Notes: generated by a model from the sequence alone, not told the origin. A stretch of DNA of 64,000 bases from Antedon mediterranea (GCF_964355755.1 NC_092677.1:7958101-8022100); one strand, 5' to 3'. Numbered from the stretch's first letter, positions 28,401 to 38,565 are shown. Numbers and translations are program-made.

Positions 28401-31400
28401 TGGTGCACCATCAATATTAAAACCAATTTCAAGAGCTTTTATGTGAAATAGCTTTGGTTTGCAGTAAATGTAAGCTTTTTTTAACACTTCAGTTAATCCA
28501 AAGTAGTGATATTTCATGTTTGATTTATTTCCAATTTCTACTGTTCTTACTGTACCAAGCAAAGTGCGTGCAGTACCAGGTAACTCTGAATGATGTCCAT
28601 TTTTTTGCAAAAGTTTAAGAAGGTTATCAACAGCGTCATGCTTGATGTTATATTTGCAAACCCATTCTGCAAGCTGTTTCTTAAATGCCAATGGACTTTC
28701 AACTAAATATTCAACACTATCAGCTTTGCTGGAATCAGATTCACAAACAAGACATTCATCATCAGTTTCGGAATCACTTGAAAAAAAATATCCATCATCA
28801 CATTTAGACTCAGTAGAAGAAGCATTTTTTCCAGTTTCACTGTCAGTTAAAAATAATACTGAATCTTCATCAACCTCATAATTAGAACGAATGATACATT
28901 CATAATTAGATCTGCTTTTAATGCTACTTTCTTTAACTTCATCTTTGTCTGGATTTTCATTCTCTCTCATTCGTTTTACTGCACGCGATGCTTTCATCCA
29001 ATTTCTTCTATATCTTTTTCTTTTCTCTTGCTTACTTAGTTCAGAATTCATAGTCAGTCTATCCAAATAATTAGAATACAGTTAAACTCGCCGAAGTCGA
29101 AAAATCAACGAATTCAAAATTATTTTTATGTCACTTCATTTTCCCTATACCTACAATTGTTAATACCTTATATATTCAAATAAACATGGGAGCGTTTATT
29201 CAAGGGAGGCGTTTATTCAGGGGAAGGCATTTATTTTTTTTAGTGTAAAATGGTAAAATATATACACATAAACGCCCCTTCAGAATGAAAACTAGCTAGG
29301 CTACCTAGGCCTAGTTTACCATTTCAAAATTTTAATTAAAATTACCGGTTGGTTCGGAATTTCTTCTCTGTGCCTAATAAGTTATATTATACTTATAGTT
29401 CATAGTATTTGTCCATACGGAACTTCATGTGATCATATAATATATAGATAGGCGCCCTATATCTTATCATATTGCCTGGTTAAGCCTTAGAAGTATAATA
29501 ATATATATAGTTTATCAGGCTAGTTAGTTAAGCACAGCTAGGCATCACTAGTCTCAGACGTCTAGTCTAGGGCTAGGCCTATCTAGGATAGCATTTGTCC
29601 TCCTAAATCTTCCACGAGCGAGGGAAATTAACTAGGCCGCGCCTAGGTAGGAGGTCTCACTGAAGTAGGCGCGCCTACCACAATAGACTTTCCTAGATTA
29701 TATGGCCTATACTAATACTAGGCCTAACATCAATTCATAAACATTCTATTTACGTATGCAAAATATTAGATACCTAATAATTTTATGTCTATTTTTACAG
29801 TAAAAATATAATTAACTTACTTTATAAAAATGCAACCTCGTACTCGTCGTCACGACATCGGCGAGAGAACATGTGGCGTGCCCGGCCAGCCGTGTCCAGA
29901 GAAAGAAAAGTTTCGCGCCGTTTTTTTTTTGCATAGATGTGACGTGCCGATGAAAGATACAACATTAGCCATATTGTAGGCCACAACAAACGTTTCTACT
30001 AGTACTATCTTAAACCATTTTTGGACCGTAAAAGGTACACATTTTTTTTTAAGTTATTTTGAAAAATAAGAAGATAAAGGGAATTTAATAACGTTTTTAA
30101 AGAGATCTCATAACGTTGTATAAATAACCTTAGGCCTAAATTAACTTTAAATTAACTAATTTATGACGATTCTAATAAAGTTCAATATTAGTTATTCTAA
30201 ACAGTTTTATCACAACGTCAAAAACATAAATTCAAAACGTTTAATTATGGTTAATTGAGCGTTTGTACCAATGTTTGTTTGTTTGTAAAAAAACATTTAA
30301 ATAACTAATTTACAACGTTTCTAAAGAGTTCATTTATGACTACTTATATAACGTAATAAGTGAAACGTTAAAATAACTTCTTTTTTTTTTGTAACTATTT
30401 TCTAATCAGTTAAAAATTAGTTATTTTAAACCGTTTTATCACAACGTAAAAAATACAAATTCAAAACGTTTAATTATGGTTAATTGAGCGTTGTACATAG
30501 GACTTAAAATAAAAACATTTAAATAACCAATTTACAACGTTTCTAAAGAGTTCATTTATGACTACTTATATAACGTAATAATTGAAACGTTAAAATAACT
30601 CATTTTTGACGTTTCTAACAGTTCAATATTAGTTATTTTAAACCGTTTTATCACAACGTAAAAAATACAAATTCAAAACGTTTAATTATGGTTAATTGAG
30701 CGTTGTACCTAGGACTTAAAATAAAAACATTCAAATAACCAATTTATAACGTTTCTAAAGAGTTCATTTATGGTTACTTATATAACGTAAAAAATGAAAC
30801 GTTGGAATAACTCATTTTTGACGTTTCTAATCAGTTCAATATTAGTTATTTTAACCGTTTTATCACAACGTAAAAAAACCAAATTCAAAACGTTTAATTA
30901 TGGTTAATTTAGCGTTGTACCTAGACTTAAATAAAAAAACATTCAAATAACCAATCTACAACGTTTCTAAAGAGTTCATTTATGGTTACTTATATAACGT
31001 AAAAAGTGAAACGTTGAAATAACTCATTTTTGACGTTTCTAATCAGTTCAATATTAGTTATTTTAACCGTTTTATCACAACGTAAAAAAAACAAATTCAA
31101 AACGTTTAATTATGGTTAATTGAGCGTTGTACCTAAGACTTAAATAAAAAACATTCAAATAACCAATCTACAACGTTTCTAAAGAGTTCATTAATGGTTA
31201 TTTATATAACGTAATAAGTGAAACGTTTAAATAACTAATTTTTGACGTTTCTAAAGAGTTCATTAATGGTTATTTATACAACGTAATAAGTGAAACGTTA
31301 AGATAACTAATTTATGACGTTTCTAATCAGTTCAATATTAGTTATTTATCAACATTTTCATGAAAACGTAAACAATATATATTCAAAACGTTTTTTTATA

Positions 31401-33208
31401 GTTACTTATACGTTAAGTTTAGAAGGTATTAAATAAACCTTTAAATAACCAATTTATAATGTCCTCAATGAGTTAATTATAGATTATTTCAAAAACGTTA
31501 TAAAATAACCTTAAAATTCCCGAACAAATACGTTTTTTCTATGTTTTTTTTAAACTAATAAAAAAAAAGCTATTAAATATCGTTTAAAAAACGATGTTTA
31601 AACGTTCAAAATGAACAAGGTTAGGTAAAAACCTCAATATAACTTAATAAAAACGTTTTCAAAACGTTTTGTGTTAGCTGGGTTTCTTGCACACATACTG
31701 TTTGCAAATTTTGCATGACATGACAATGTTCAATGTTTTTGTTTCTATGGAACGTCTAAAGAGCAAAAATTATATTGAGGGCTGAAAACTCTGTGGAGTA
31801 CATCTACAGTGTGGATGGAACAATGTAAAATTAAAATTGTAATGATAATAGTATAATCATGCTAGTACGAAGAAATAAATCCTCGCAAATACATTTTAAT
31901 TTAAAAATCATGATAATAAGTTTTTTTGGTTTTTTTTTCGTTTTCTTTCTGTTTTTATACTTGTTCTATTATTGTTGCTCTTTTGGCGCTCTATAGAAAC
32001 AAAAACATTGAGCATGGGAGGAGTTACAGTATACAAAGAAACACGTCTGTAAAATCATCAATTTAAAGGATTTATTTATTTGTTTTTATGTGTTTCTCCT
32101 TCTGAAAGTTTATAAGTCATAATTTTAAAGTGTGGTATTCAGGATAAAGTCAGTTAACAAATTTGGAGTCAAAATACAAGAAAGGCAGCTGCGAAAGAAA
32201 AACATCCTCTGAACCAACACAATTGGAGTAAATATATACCAACAAACAATCCGTCAAGTTTGTTTGTTGTAAAGAAAAAATATACATTTACTCAACGGGC
32301 GAAAATAACGTTAGTTTATCTATGTTTTGCGGTAGTATTTCATTATATTTATGGTAATAAATGAAACCTACTATGTTTAAAATTATGTATGGATAAACAA
32401 GTATTGTTTTTAAGCTGTAGTATATCTTAGAATTTGTAATCTTAGGTCTTGGGTCTTAGCTTTCGTGATCTTAGGTCTTAGGGGGTCTTAGCTTTCGTGG
32501 TCTTAGGTTTCGTGACACCCGTCGATCGCGTGCTTAAGTTAGCGTGTACCGACCGACCAACCGACCGATATAGTGAGCTGTAGAGTCGCGTTGCACGCGA
32601 CTAAAAAGAGTAGGCCACAGTAACTCGGTTGCACTGCCAACACAACAGACAGTGTGTGTTTGCAAGTATGACGTCATGAGCTCACGCATGCATCATGAAT
32701 GTTCATGATATATGCACGCCCTCTATAGTGTCTGCCTTAACCTTATAGGGAAAAAAAAATGCTTCCCCGCATAGTCTTCGTCAATGATTGACGATGGATA
32801 AAATGAATACAATTTTTTGGAACAGTAGGTGTGTTGTAAAACACATAATAAATGTTTTGTATTGTTGAATTGAGATAATATTCCATTCGATTTCCTCTGT
32901 TACTGTAAGCATATTATATTCTACATTATGCAAATATGGGATAGGTCCTTAAGCATACGTATCACTAATAATATTGATTTCTTATATTTCCAGGTCTAAA
33001 TGTAGGCAATTATTATAAACTTCCTGATTTCACAAGGGCAGCGAAGGCGCTAGAGTTTATCCACGAACAACTGGAAACCGAACATGGCGGAATCCTACGT
33101 TTGGACACAGACCTACCGGATACTCATATGATCATAGTCTTTTTGTTGGACTATCTGTTCGTCAATTCTGAATATAACATCATAGCATTAGACAAGTGTA
33201 TTGTGTAA
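7496..33208 (+). CDS. Type II membrane protein: FkbM-family (Methyltransf_21-like) methyltransferase fused to a degenerate NodB/polysaccharide-deacetylase-like domain, ~496 aa
   Basis: Exons 7496-7608, 8610-8872, 11307-11595, 12403-12556, 13488-13944 and 32994-33208; all GT-AG, phases join to 1491 nt with no stop. N-terminal hydrophobic anchor; FkbM motifs ILLDCGGN, IHSFE and YVIFKIDIQGGEF..YYGEYH. NodB-like pattern IVITIG..PVTVFV..WPELV..IGLRG..PTYFLP..GGILRLD..EYNIIALD. Confidence 0.85.
8073..8247. repeat. Minisatellite, 16-bp unit TAGGACAA(C/T)TACCC(C/T)C x ~11
   Basis: Units start at 8074, 8090, 8106 ... 8234; resembles the repetitive TIR arm of a DNA transposon. Confidence 0.9.
9111..10569. 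mobile_element. Foldback-type MITE with long modular TIRs (GCTAATGTAG units) and internal GACCACCT/AGGTGGTC inverted arrays
   Basis: 9111-9295 plus 9710-9745 is the reverse complement of ~10350-10569; the left arm is interrupted by a LINE tail. No clear TSD. Confidence 0.75.
9296..9690 (-). mobile_element. 3' end of an L2/Crack-like LINE with (ATT)n tail
   Basis: Minus-strand peptide APMLWNSLPNYIKDAQSVAVFKRLLKTYLF, then a UTR ending in AGCGCT..GCTATATAAAT..(ATT)n. Confidence 0.75.
10770..11085. mobile_element. Possible Harbinger-like MITE remnant
   Basis: TAA|GGCCATGTTTCC start, ..GGAAACACGG end, internal AATTAACCGAT repeats; the ends are imperfect. Confidence 0.4.
14075..14340 (+). mobile_element. 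5'-truncated SINE with Deu/Nin-like core
   Basis: B-box-like GGTTCGAGCC followed by GTCTTCTCGGATAAGGACTATAAACCGTAGGTCC..GTGCACTTTAAAGAACC..TTCGAGACGAGTAGG; A-rich tail. Confidence 0.65.
16320..16860. repeat. Left subterminal array, ~100-104-bp unit x ~5
   Basis: AACGTTTAAATAGCGT recurs at 16331, 16431, 16532, 16636 and 16740. Confidence 0.9.
17060..17400 (+). mobile_element. Degenerate LINE ORF2 C-terminal fragment
   Basis: Peptide LPRSRTKRYNKSFV, typical of LINE RT C-termini; otherwise decayed. Confidence 0.4.
17447..26648 (-). CDS. Transposon accessory gene, 12 coding exons, ~419 aa, DUF4806-like C-terminus
   Basis: Exons 26648-26547, 25315-25054, 23103-23023, 21628-21590, 21358-21290, 20611-20534, 20401-20315, 18940-18893, 18732-18536, 18189-18030, 17869-17778 and 17491-17447; all GT-AG, 1260 nt open. 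N-terminus YAVVIF..VEIISEKWL..WP..P..W; coiled coil; C-terminus WPMSSMAQFDCFEVKL..VRNCLKK..FNMEGRNEKKSFKGTALCSII..IGKYLK. Confidence 0.85.
19725..20255. mobile_element. Possible Crypton-like non-autonomous element
   Basis: Long imperfect hairpin centred on TATTGAACTTGGCTCCACCTCGTTGAATA and a CCAATCA-containing end; no TIR or TSD. Confidence 0.45.
20776..21228 (-). mobile_element. 5S rRNA-headed SINE (SINE3-like) with Deu-domain-like core
   Basis: Reverse strand of 21110-21228 reads TACGGCCATACAGCGTTGAAACACCGGTTCTCGTCGGATCACCGAAGTTAAGCAACGT.. (5S-like). It is followed by GGGTTCAAG, TCCTTAGGCAAGATGCTTTAC, GTCCTTCGGATGGGATGTAAAGCCG..TTCGAAAAGAGTAGGGG..CCCGGTGT and a (TACCTT)n tail. Confidence 0.85.
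21950..22987 (-). mobile_element. Second Helentron/HINE-like family element
   Basis: 5' hairpin TAGGCTATCGCTCTCTGTAGAGCGATAGCCTA, subterminal GCGATAGCCTAA, 3' hairpin and CTAGTT end, no TSD. Confidence 0.7.
23526..24327 (-). mobile_element. Helentron/DINE-1-like element (copy B)
   Basis: Reverse complement of the copy A core with the same 5' end TTTTAGTCGCGTGGAAGCGACTCTATAG; different 3' module. Confidence 0.85.
25975..26540 (+). mobile_element. 5'-truncated CR1-type LINE 3' end with (TAAGTG)n tail
   Basis: ORF 26013-26492: YKAYIRPHMEYCIQSWSPY..LEKVQRRATK..RRLRGDLIEAFKI..TRGHSLKL..FFTIRVIHHWNSLP. Confidence 0.9.
27027..29051 (-). CDS. CMC-EnSpm (CACTA-like) DDE transposase, ~674 aa, uninterrupted
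   Basis: Motifs NIDGAPLFKSS..WPVL, CDAPARAFVK..GYHGCDKC, PIDFMH..LGV, WKATEFRQFLLY, YNVHTLLHL and SAFGFENY. First ATG at 29051 (the ORF track starts at a TTG). Confidence 0.92.
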   Translation of the reverse strand: MNSELSKQEKRKRYRRNWMKASRAVKRMRENENPDKDEVKESSIKSRSNYECIIRSNYEVDEDSVLFLTDSETGKNASSTESKCDDGYFFSSDSETDDECLVCESDSSKADSVEYLVESPLAFKKQLAEWVCKYNIKHDAVDNLLKLLQKNGHHSELPGTARTLLGTVRTVEIGNKSNMKYHYFGLTEVLKKAYIYCKPKLFHIKALEIGFNIDGAPLFKSSSSSIWPVLCCIANLTPTYVFIVALTEGSTKPSNLDFLSDTIADLQHLLKNGLDVNEMTVPVKIRYIICDAPARAFVKRTKLYSGYHGCDKCSQRGQHKNGRMLFLQTRHLKKRTDQNFRNREFREHHHNDESPFLDLPIDMITSFPIDFMHQTCLGVMKKMLLMWVKGSNRLLRFRLSSAQVQTVSEKLIGLKKYVTNDFQRKPRGLSEIDRWKATEFRQFLLYTGKLVLSRILSHEKYEHFMSLSVACCILVNSKLALAYKEYAHQLLVYFVEKGRNLYGEEFLIYNVHTLLHLADEADLFGNLNNCSAFGFENYMYTLKKLVRSGRHPISQIAKRISERHVLKERVNLNQTPASISFKSPNNCYIISADTCCEVIEDHYDENSTSFVCRVYARSESLFTSPCDSKIINIHKVRNRFTSIKKIKRTDLRFKAMKCNIDDNAAVFMGLLHYN
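29821..29960 (-). promoter_or_regulatory. Putative promoter and non-coding first exon of the transposon transcript
   Basis: CpG-rich patch just inside the right subterminal array, ending in a consensus donor AAA|GTAAGT at 29821/29820. Confidence 0.5.
30170..31420. repeat. Right subterminal array, ~212-bp unit x ~5
   Basis: CACAACGT..ATTCAAAACGTTTAATTATGGTTAATT recurs at ~30211, 30440, 30652, 30863 and 31076. Confidence 0.9.
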
Positions 33209-34899
33209 TTTTTATGTGGATTTTCGAAACGCCCATAAGCAATACCTAGTATATGATTCTATTTGCGAATGTAGTATAGGCCTATACTATTAGTAGGGAC
33301 CTGAAACTTATGACGTCACAATGCATTTTCGTGTCGGCCAAAATATTGACCTGTTTGATATTACTACTACTAATTACTTTAAATATACTTCCCGATTGGC
33401 TACTTTGGCGGTGAGGTGGGGGAGGCGGTTAGTTGGGGAAGGCTTTTAACTATAATGCATTTATTTAGTAATAGTTTTTTAAATATTGACATAGTGAGCT
33501 GTAGCTGTAAAGGAATATGGTTGTTGTTAAGAAGAGGTTGATTAGTAGATTGATACTATAGTTTGGAAAGAGAAATAATCATGTTAATAACTTACAATTT
33601 TTTAATAATTTTGTCACCTATTGCTACACCTTTTTTCCTTATTTATTGAAATGCATATACCGATTTTTTTTATGGAAAAAAACTATTACAATGAAAGCAA
33701 ATATTTCCACAGACTCTGTTATTTCAAAGTGAACGTCCACAATTACTACAGAAATTCGGCCTAATATTTCAGACGTACAGAAAGGATAAACAGGGTACTA
33801 CACGGAAATACAAAACGGAAAATTATTATTTTTGGCCTTAAATTATAGAAAACCTCTGGCCGGAAAAACGCAATCATTATGGACAAACAAATTCATTCTG
33901 CGCCTGGTCAGAAACAAAAAATACAAGCTGACCACCGATAAATTGTGTATTTTTTTACGATGCATTGTGCCAATTTACAAATATTTCTAGCCATGGACTT
34001 CTATAACGCTATATGGATATTGTATACGATGAAACGGGAACTAAATTTCAATTTAGTGGCAGAAAAAAACATTTAATATGAAATTAAGGGTGTTGCCCGG
34101 GCCCTGCGTCCTCCCCTGTCATCCTTGCGCTGTGTCCTAGTGGGAACCAAGCTTAAGGGCCCCGTCATTTTTGTCAGCTACCACTAAACGTCTGTCCACA
34201 ACGACAGCGACTGACAACATAGGAATTGTTTCTAGGTCAATCTTTAATCTATACTATATATAATGTATATATAGTATATACTATATATATACATGAATTA
34301 TAATTTATGTATACATATTTTTTTTTTTCATTTACCAATATCGGTAGTTATTTCATTTATAATTATTATGAAACTATTGAAATATAATTTAAATAATTGT
34401 TATAAAGAAGATGTTAGTTATGTTATTATACTGTAATTTTTTATCCTAAATTATATAATTATATATTCTAGGTTATTTTTATTTTTTTAGTAATGTGTTT
34501 TGTTGTGGGTCCCTACGAGACAAGTTTTTAACTTCTAGAAGGGATCCATGATAATAATGACTACCAATTACTGCTTTATCTATGTTCACTTTAATATCTT
34601 TTTTTCTATTTTGTATATATTCATTCATTATTATCTAAATAAATATTATCTGAATTAGAATTAAGTCGTCTTCCTCGTCTTGACTATGGATTTGACGTAC
34701 GTACCACGTCCACACGATCTAAATGTCCCTATTATAAACCAGAACACCGATTGGTTATAAAATACACAGGAGTAACATTTGTACACTGGACTTCCTAGTT
34801 TTAAGTTCTTATTCAAGAAGAATCACCAGAAATATGTTCGAGGAGAGCCTTGAACACCTGTGGCGATAACTATATGGTTTACGGTGCCCCTATCTAACC

Positions 34900-35515
34900 A
34901 CCGGCCTGATCTTGAAAAATACCCGCACACAATAACCGGTTGAACAGCTCGAGTACAGCATCATAATGTTGAAGACAGGCCGATTTTCTTTAAAAAATAC
35001 TATTTTGATAGATTTAATATACATTTATACAAATGTATTGATTTGCGATGAATGGAACATTCCAAACAACATACCTCCATGATTTAACGCAAGTAGGTAC
35101 ATTTATAGGCACTTAGAATACATTTAAAACCTAAAGATATAGTATTGCAATACTATAAAATACTGTAAATACTTATTAACCACTTTTGGTCGCCATTTGA
35201 ATCGCAAATGTTTTACTGTGAGTGTTGGTACTACTGCTAGATATAATATAAACATATATACAAATAAACGGTATTACTGTGAGTGTGGGAGGAGGCCCTA
35301 CTGTTAGATCATAAACACATAATATACAAATAAACTATATTACTGACAGTTGCTTCTCAACGTTTGTATTAATTAAAAATTACAAAAAAACATAAACGTC
35401 GTAGTGGTTTATCGTCACATGTACTTTACTATTTCAAATGACTATGACAGTGACAGAAATTACTGTGTATTCGAAAACGTCCATCTGTGAGCTCGACCTA
35501 GATGGTACGCGAGCA
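34900..35515 (+). mobile_element. Partial Helitron copy related to 45953-47772
   Basis: Collinear homology (AACCGGTTGAACAG.TCGAGTACAGCATC.. to ..GACCTAGATGGTACGCGAGC); one copy of the internal unit; truncated in the 3' hairpin. Confidence 0.75.
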
Positions 35516-37009
35516 AAATTAATTTTCTTTCTGTGCATGCCATCGCATACTTACATTATTATTGTACAATACATAGACATTAATAGAGGCTCATTTCACT
35601 CATCTTCACAATGCATGTTTCATAATTAAAATAAAATAAACATTGTTCAAAATCGATAAGGTTTGTATTATGGTCAAATCTGTTGTCGGAAACAACTATG
35701 TAATATTATGTATTGATCTTGATATTAAAATAGTTAAATGAAATATTTCACCTTCAATATACAACAACAATATTGTACACAGAGTAGTAGAGTCACAGAG
35801 TGAATGTGCATCGATACCTTTAAATTTGCACCAACAAAAGTGTTTAAAAACTCGACGAAATAGAACCAATGTTGTGAAAATGCACATTTTAACCTCGTGA
35901 AACTGCGGTTCAATCCGTCTCTCCATTTTCCAAATGTCTATATCTAACGGTAACATTTACTAGGCAAATTATATCTATATTCCTATACATTATACACATA
36001 CCGTTACTGTAAACTCTGTAAATGAACTCTTAAATAACTATAACATTATAACGTCATTGCAGAATTAAAATTACTGAATAAACAAAATAGACAATGAAAA
36101 TACATTTGAATAAAATATAGAACTTACCCATGAGTTTAATCGATGAAGTTGGAAGCATTTGTCAAAAACACTACAAAAGTATTAATGAAGTTTAGCACAT
36201 CATTTTACAATCTGTAAGCCCCTAATTTCAAATCCTCGATCCGATCCTACAGTCACAGAAGCGTCACATAATAACATAATCTGTTACGGTAAATAAATTG
36301 TAAAGAAAACATGAAAGAAAAGCTCAAGAATATGGGTAGGCCTACTTTAGTACACCAGTATGCGTGTTACGTCACAGAAGCTCTCGTCTGTTAACAGGTG
36401 ACCATTATTGCTAAATTGCTAACTACACCTGATTGACATTCATAGGCATATTACATCACTGAATAATTGTGTGACTATTTCAAGTATATGATATTAATTT
36501 CAAAGTCAGAATGTTTTCTTTTGTATTGATTGCTCTCACTCTTATTCTATAGCTTAGTGCTTTTATTGGTTTTCAAGTTTACTGTATTTCCCAATTAACA
36601 CTAAAACGAAGCGTCAATTTTTTTAATATAATGTATGCAATTAATTTTGTTACTATTCTTTCTTTGCACCTTAACATTAAATTGTTTATTTCATCTAATA
36701 ATTTTATCGTTTATTTGAATAATAATGACGTGCCATTAACTATATGCTAAACATCTTATAAACATTTGGCTTGGCGAAACCTGTTGTATTTGATCTATTT
36801 CCATGCTTATAGCGACTCCTATTCTAATGTATGCCATTATTAATCTCATGAAATTATTTATGCTTCCTGCCTTAACCCGATAGGAGAAAAAATACATACC
36901 GGTAATAATTGAATGATGGAGGGTAATCTAATGAATGAAAAACACACGGTTATGGTATTTCAAATGGGTTTATTAGGTCTCTATATGTTTACAGTATGAA
37001 AGTTAGACA

Positions 37010-37460
37010 ACACCTTAATTGATGATAGACAGAAAGCATTTAGTTGCAATCATCACAGCGTTGGCGTCAACTTAGGAACTCTGTGCAGGAGGCCATATCC
37101 CACGCCAAAGCCACTTTCTACAAGAATTATATTCAATACCTCAAGCGAGATGACCCCAAGAAGTGGCATGATGGCATTTCTAATTTGTGTAACCTGAAAA
37201 AAGGAAAACGTTTAGTATTCCGGGCCTTTCTCTTGGTGAAACCGTTGAAACTGTCAATACGCACTTCGCGAATGTCTGCTCTGAACTACCTGCTTTGCAA
37301 CCCTCACAGTTACCATCTTACCTGTAATCTACCCAGGTCAAGTGAAAGCTGTTATGGATGAATTAAAAATCAACAAATCAAGTCATCCAGACGACCTTCC
37401 ATTTAAGCTGATTAGAGAATTCTCACCTGGGTTAGCTCCTCCTCTTGCTGAGATTTTCAT
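37010..37460 (+). mobile_element. Decayed internal LINE ORF2 fragment (EN-RT linker)
   Basis: WRQLRNSVQEAISHAKATFY..DPKKW..VNTHFANVC..KSSHPDDLPFKLIREFS..LAPPLAEIF, with frameshifts. Confidence 0.75.
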
Positions 37461-37549
37461 ATAACCTTGAAGAAATATAATGCAAGACGAATTGCTGAAG
37501 TTGTGGGTGAAAACGTTTTACACGCCACAACTTTATATTGAATTGCGGG

Positions 37550-38565
37550 ACCTTGTCTTGTACAGTAATGGCAAGGTCAGTGAAGTTGGCCTAGCCATGG
37601 ATTATATCTACAGTGTTGCTGCTGACGAGCTCTGCATCAGATACCCCTAGGCATTTTCCATGGATGTGAAGAATGTCCCAGATTTTGCACAATTTCACCC
37701 TGAAAAAATAAAAAAATCATTGAATAATTTATATCAAACGTATAGTGTATTACCAAAGCTTGATAGCCTATATTGGAGTTTAGAAAGAATTGTGTTAAAC
37801 CTACACTGGTATCCAATATACAGATGCAAGGTTGAACCTCAAATGGATGGTTCTCCGTAGCATCAGCCGTTGTGAACGTATACTCATCATGCTTGGGAAT
37901 TGATAGATGAGCTCTACTCCTGGGTCACTAGACGCATCTTCTTCAGCTTGCTTCTCAGAATACCTGTGAACCAATTAGTTATGTTGTTTTGTAATGATAT
38001 AGGCATTAGGGTTGTTCGTTGCAAGCCACACATGAGAATACAATGTAAGACTTTGGACAAGACGATACAAGCCATGTTCTATACAACAGTAACTCTACAG
38101 AAAACTCTACTTCAACTCATTACTTCTTAAAATGTGACTTACCTTTCATTGCCTGTACTTGGACCTCCTGTTTTATTTGTTTCTCTCACCCCTCCCCCTT
38201 GTTGGGTCTTCAACTGGGGGAGAAGGACCGGTCATTGCTAATAATGTAACCTCAACTTCAACTCATCATCTTCAAAGGTTGAATTGCCTGTAAGGATGAA
38301 ATATTAATTATTATTTAGATATTAAAAGAATAGGCAATGAAATAAAATTCAACTCATTTCTAAACATATGAAACTGAAAAACAAGAAATCTGGATAGATT
38401 ATGTGATACTTTAATATTGTTAAAGACAGATATTTACTTATTATATATAGCAAACTGGCAAGATTGTTAACAAGATCTTCTTCATAGAAGTCATCAACAT
38501 CAACAGGAGCCACAGCAACATCAACCATCATTATAACCGTTGTAGTGATGATGTCAATTGGGTTT
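37550..38565 (-). pseudogene. Intron-retaining pseudogene fragment resembling the C-terminal ectodomain of fibrocystin-L (PKHD1L1-like)
   Basis: Four exon remnants, several with AG/GT ends: PIDIITTTVI..VDVDDFYEEDLVNNLASLL; EVEVTLLAMTGPSPPVEDPT; PFEVQPCICILDTS; GEIVQNLGHSSHPWK..HG*ANFTDLAIT. Stops and frameshifts present. Confidence 0.65.

Larger units (their letters stand above)
16179..31682 (-). mobile_element. 15.5-kb CMC-EnSpm (CACTA-like) DNA transposon, apparently autonomous
   Basis: 11-bp TIR CCCAGCTAACA. A 2-bp TT TSD is deduced from the empty site in the sister MITE (5 T there versus 4+3 T here). Subterminal tandem arrays at both ends; transposase plus an accessory gene inside. Confidence 0.9.
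15967..32520. mobile_element. MULE-like MITE (GGGTGTCACGAAA TIR, 10-bp TSD) interrupted by the CACTA-like element
   Basis: TSD GTCGATCGCG at 15957-15966 and 32521-32530; an uninterrupted sister copy lies in opposite orientation at 48740-49814. Confidence 0.88.
15930..32607 (-). mobile_element. Mini Helentron/DINE-like element (copy C, ~115 bp) split by the MULE-like MITE
   Basis: 15930-15966 and 32521-32607 join to TTTTTAGTCGCGTG..(GGTC)n..CACGCGA..GCAGCCATCTATATGGCC..TTGTT, matching the ends of copy A. Confidence 0.8.
14803..32742. mobile_element. Outermost MITE of the nest (PIF/Harbinger-like), ~1.3 kb when emptied
   Basis: TIR GGTTAAGGCAGA(A/C)ACTATAGAGGGC at both ends, TTA on both flanks. 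A TTAA-target reading of the ends is also possible. Confidence 0.75.

Noticed and set aside
36120-36300. Exon of a further - strand gene (donor at ~36127)
   Set aside because: No partner exon or recognisable peptide could be linked.
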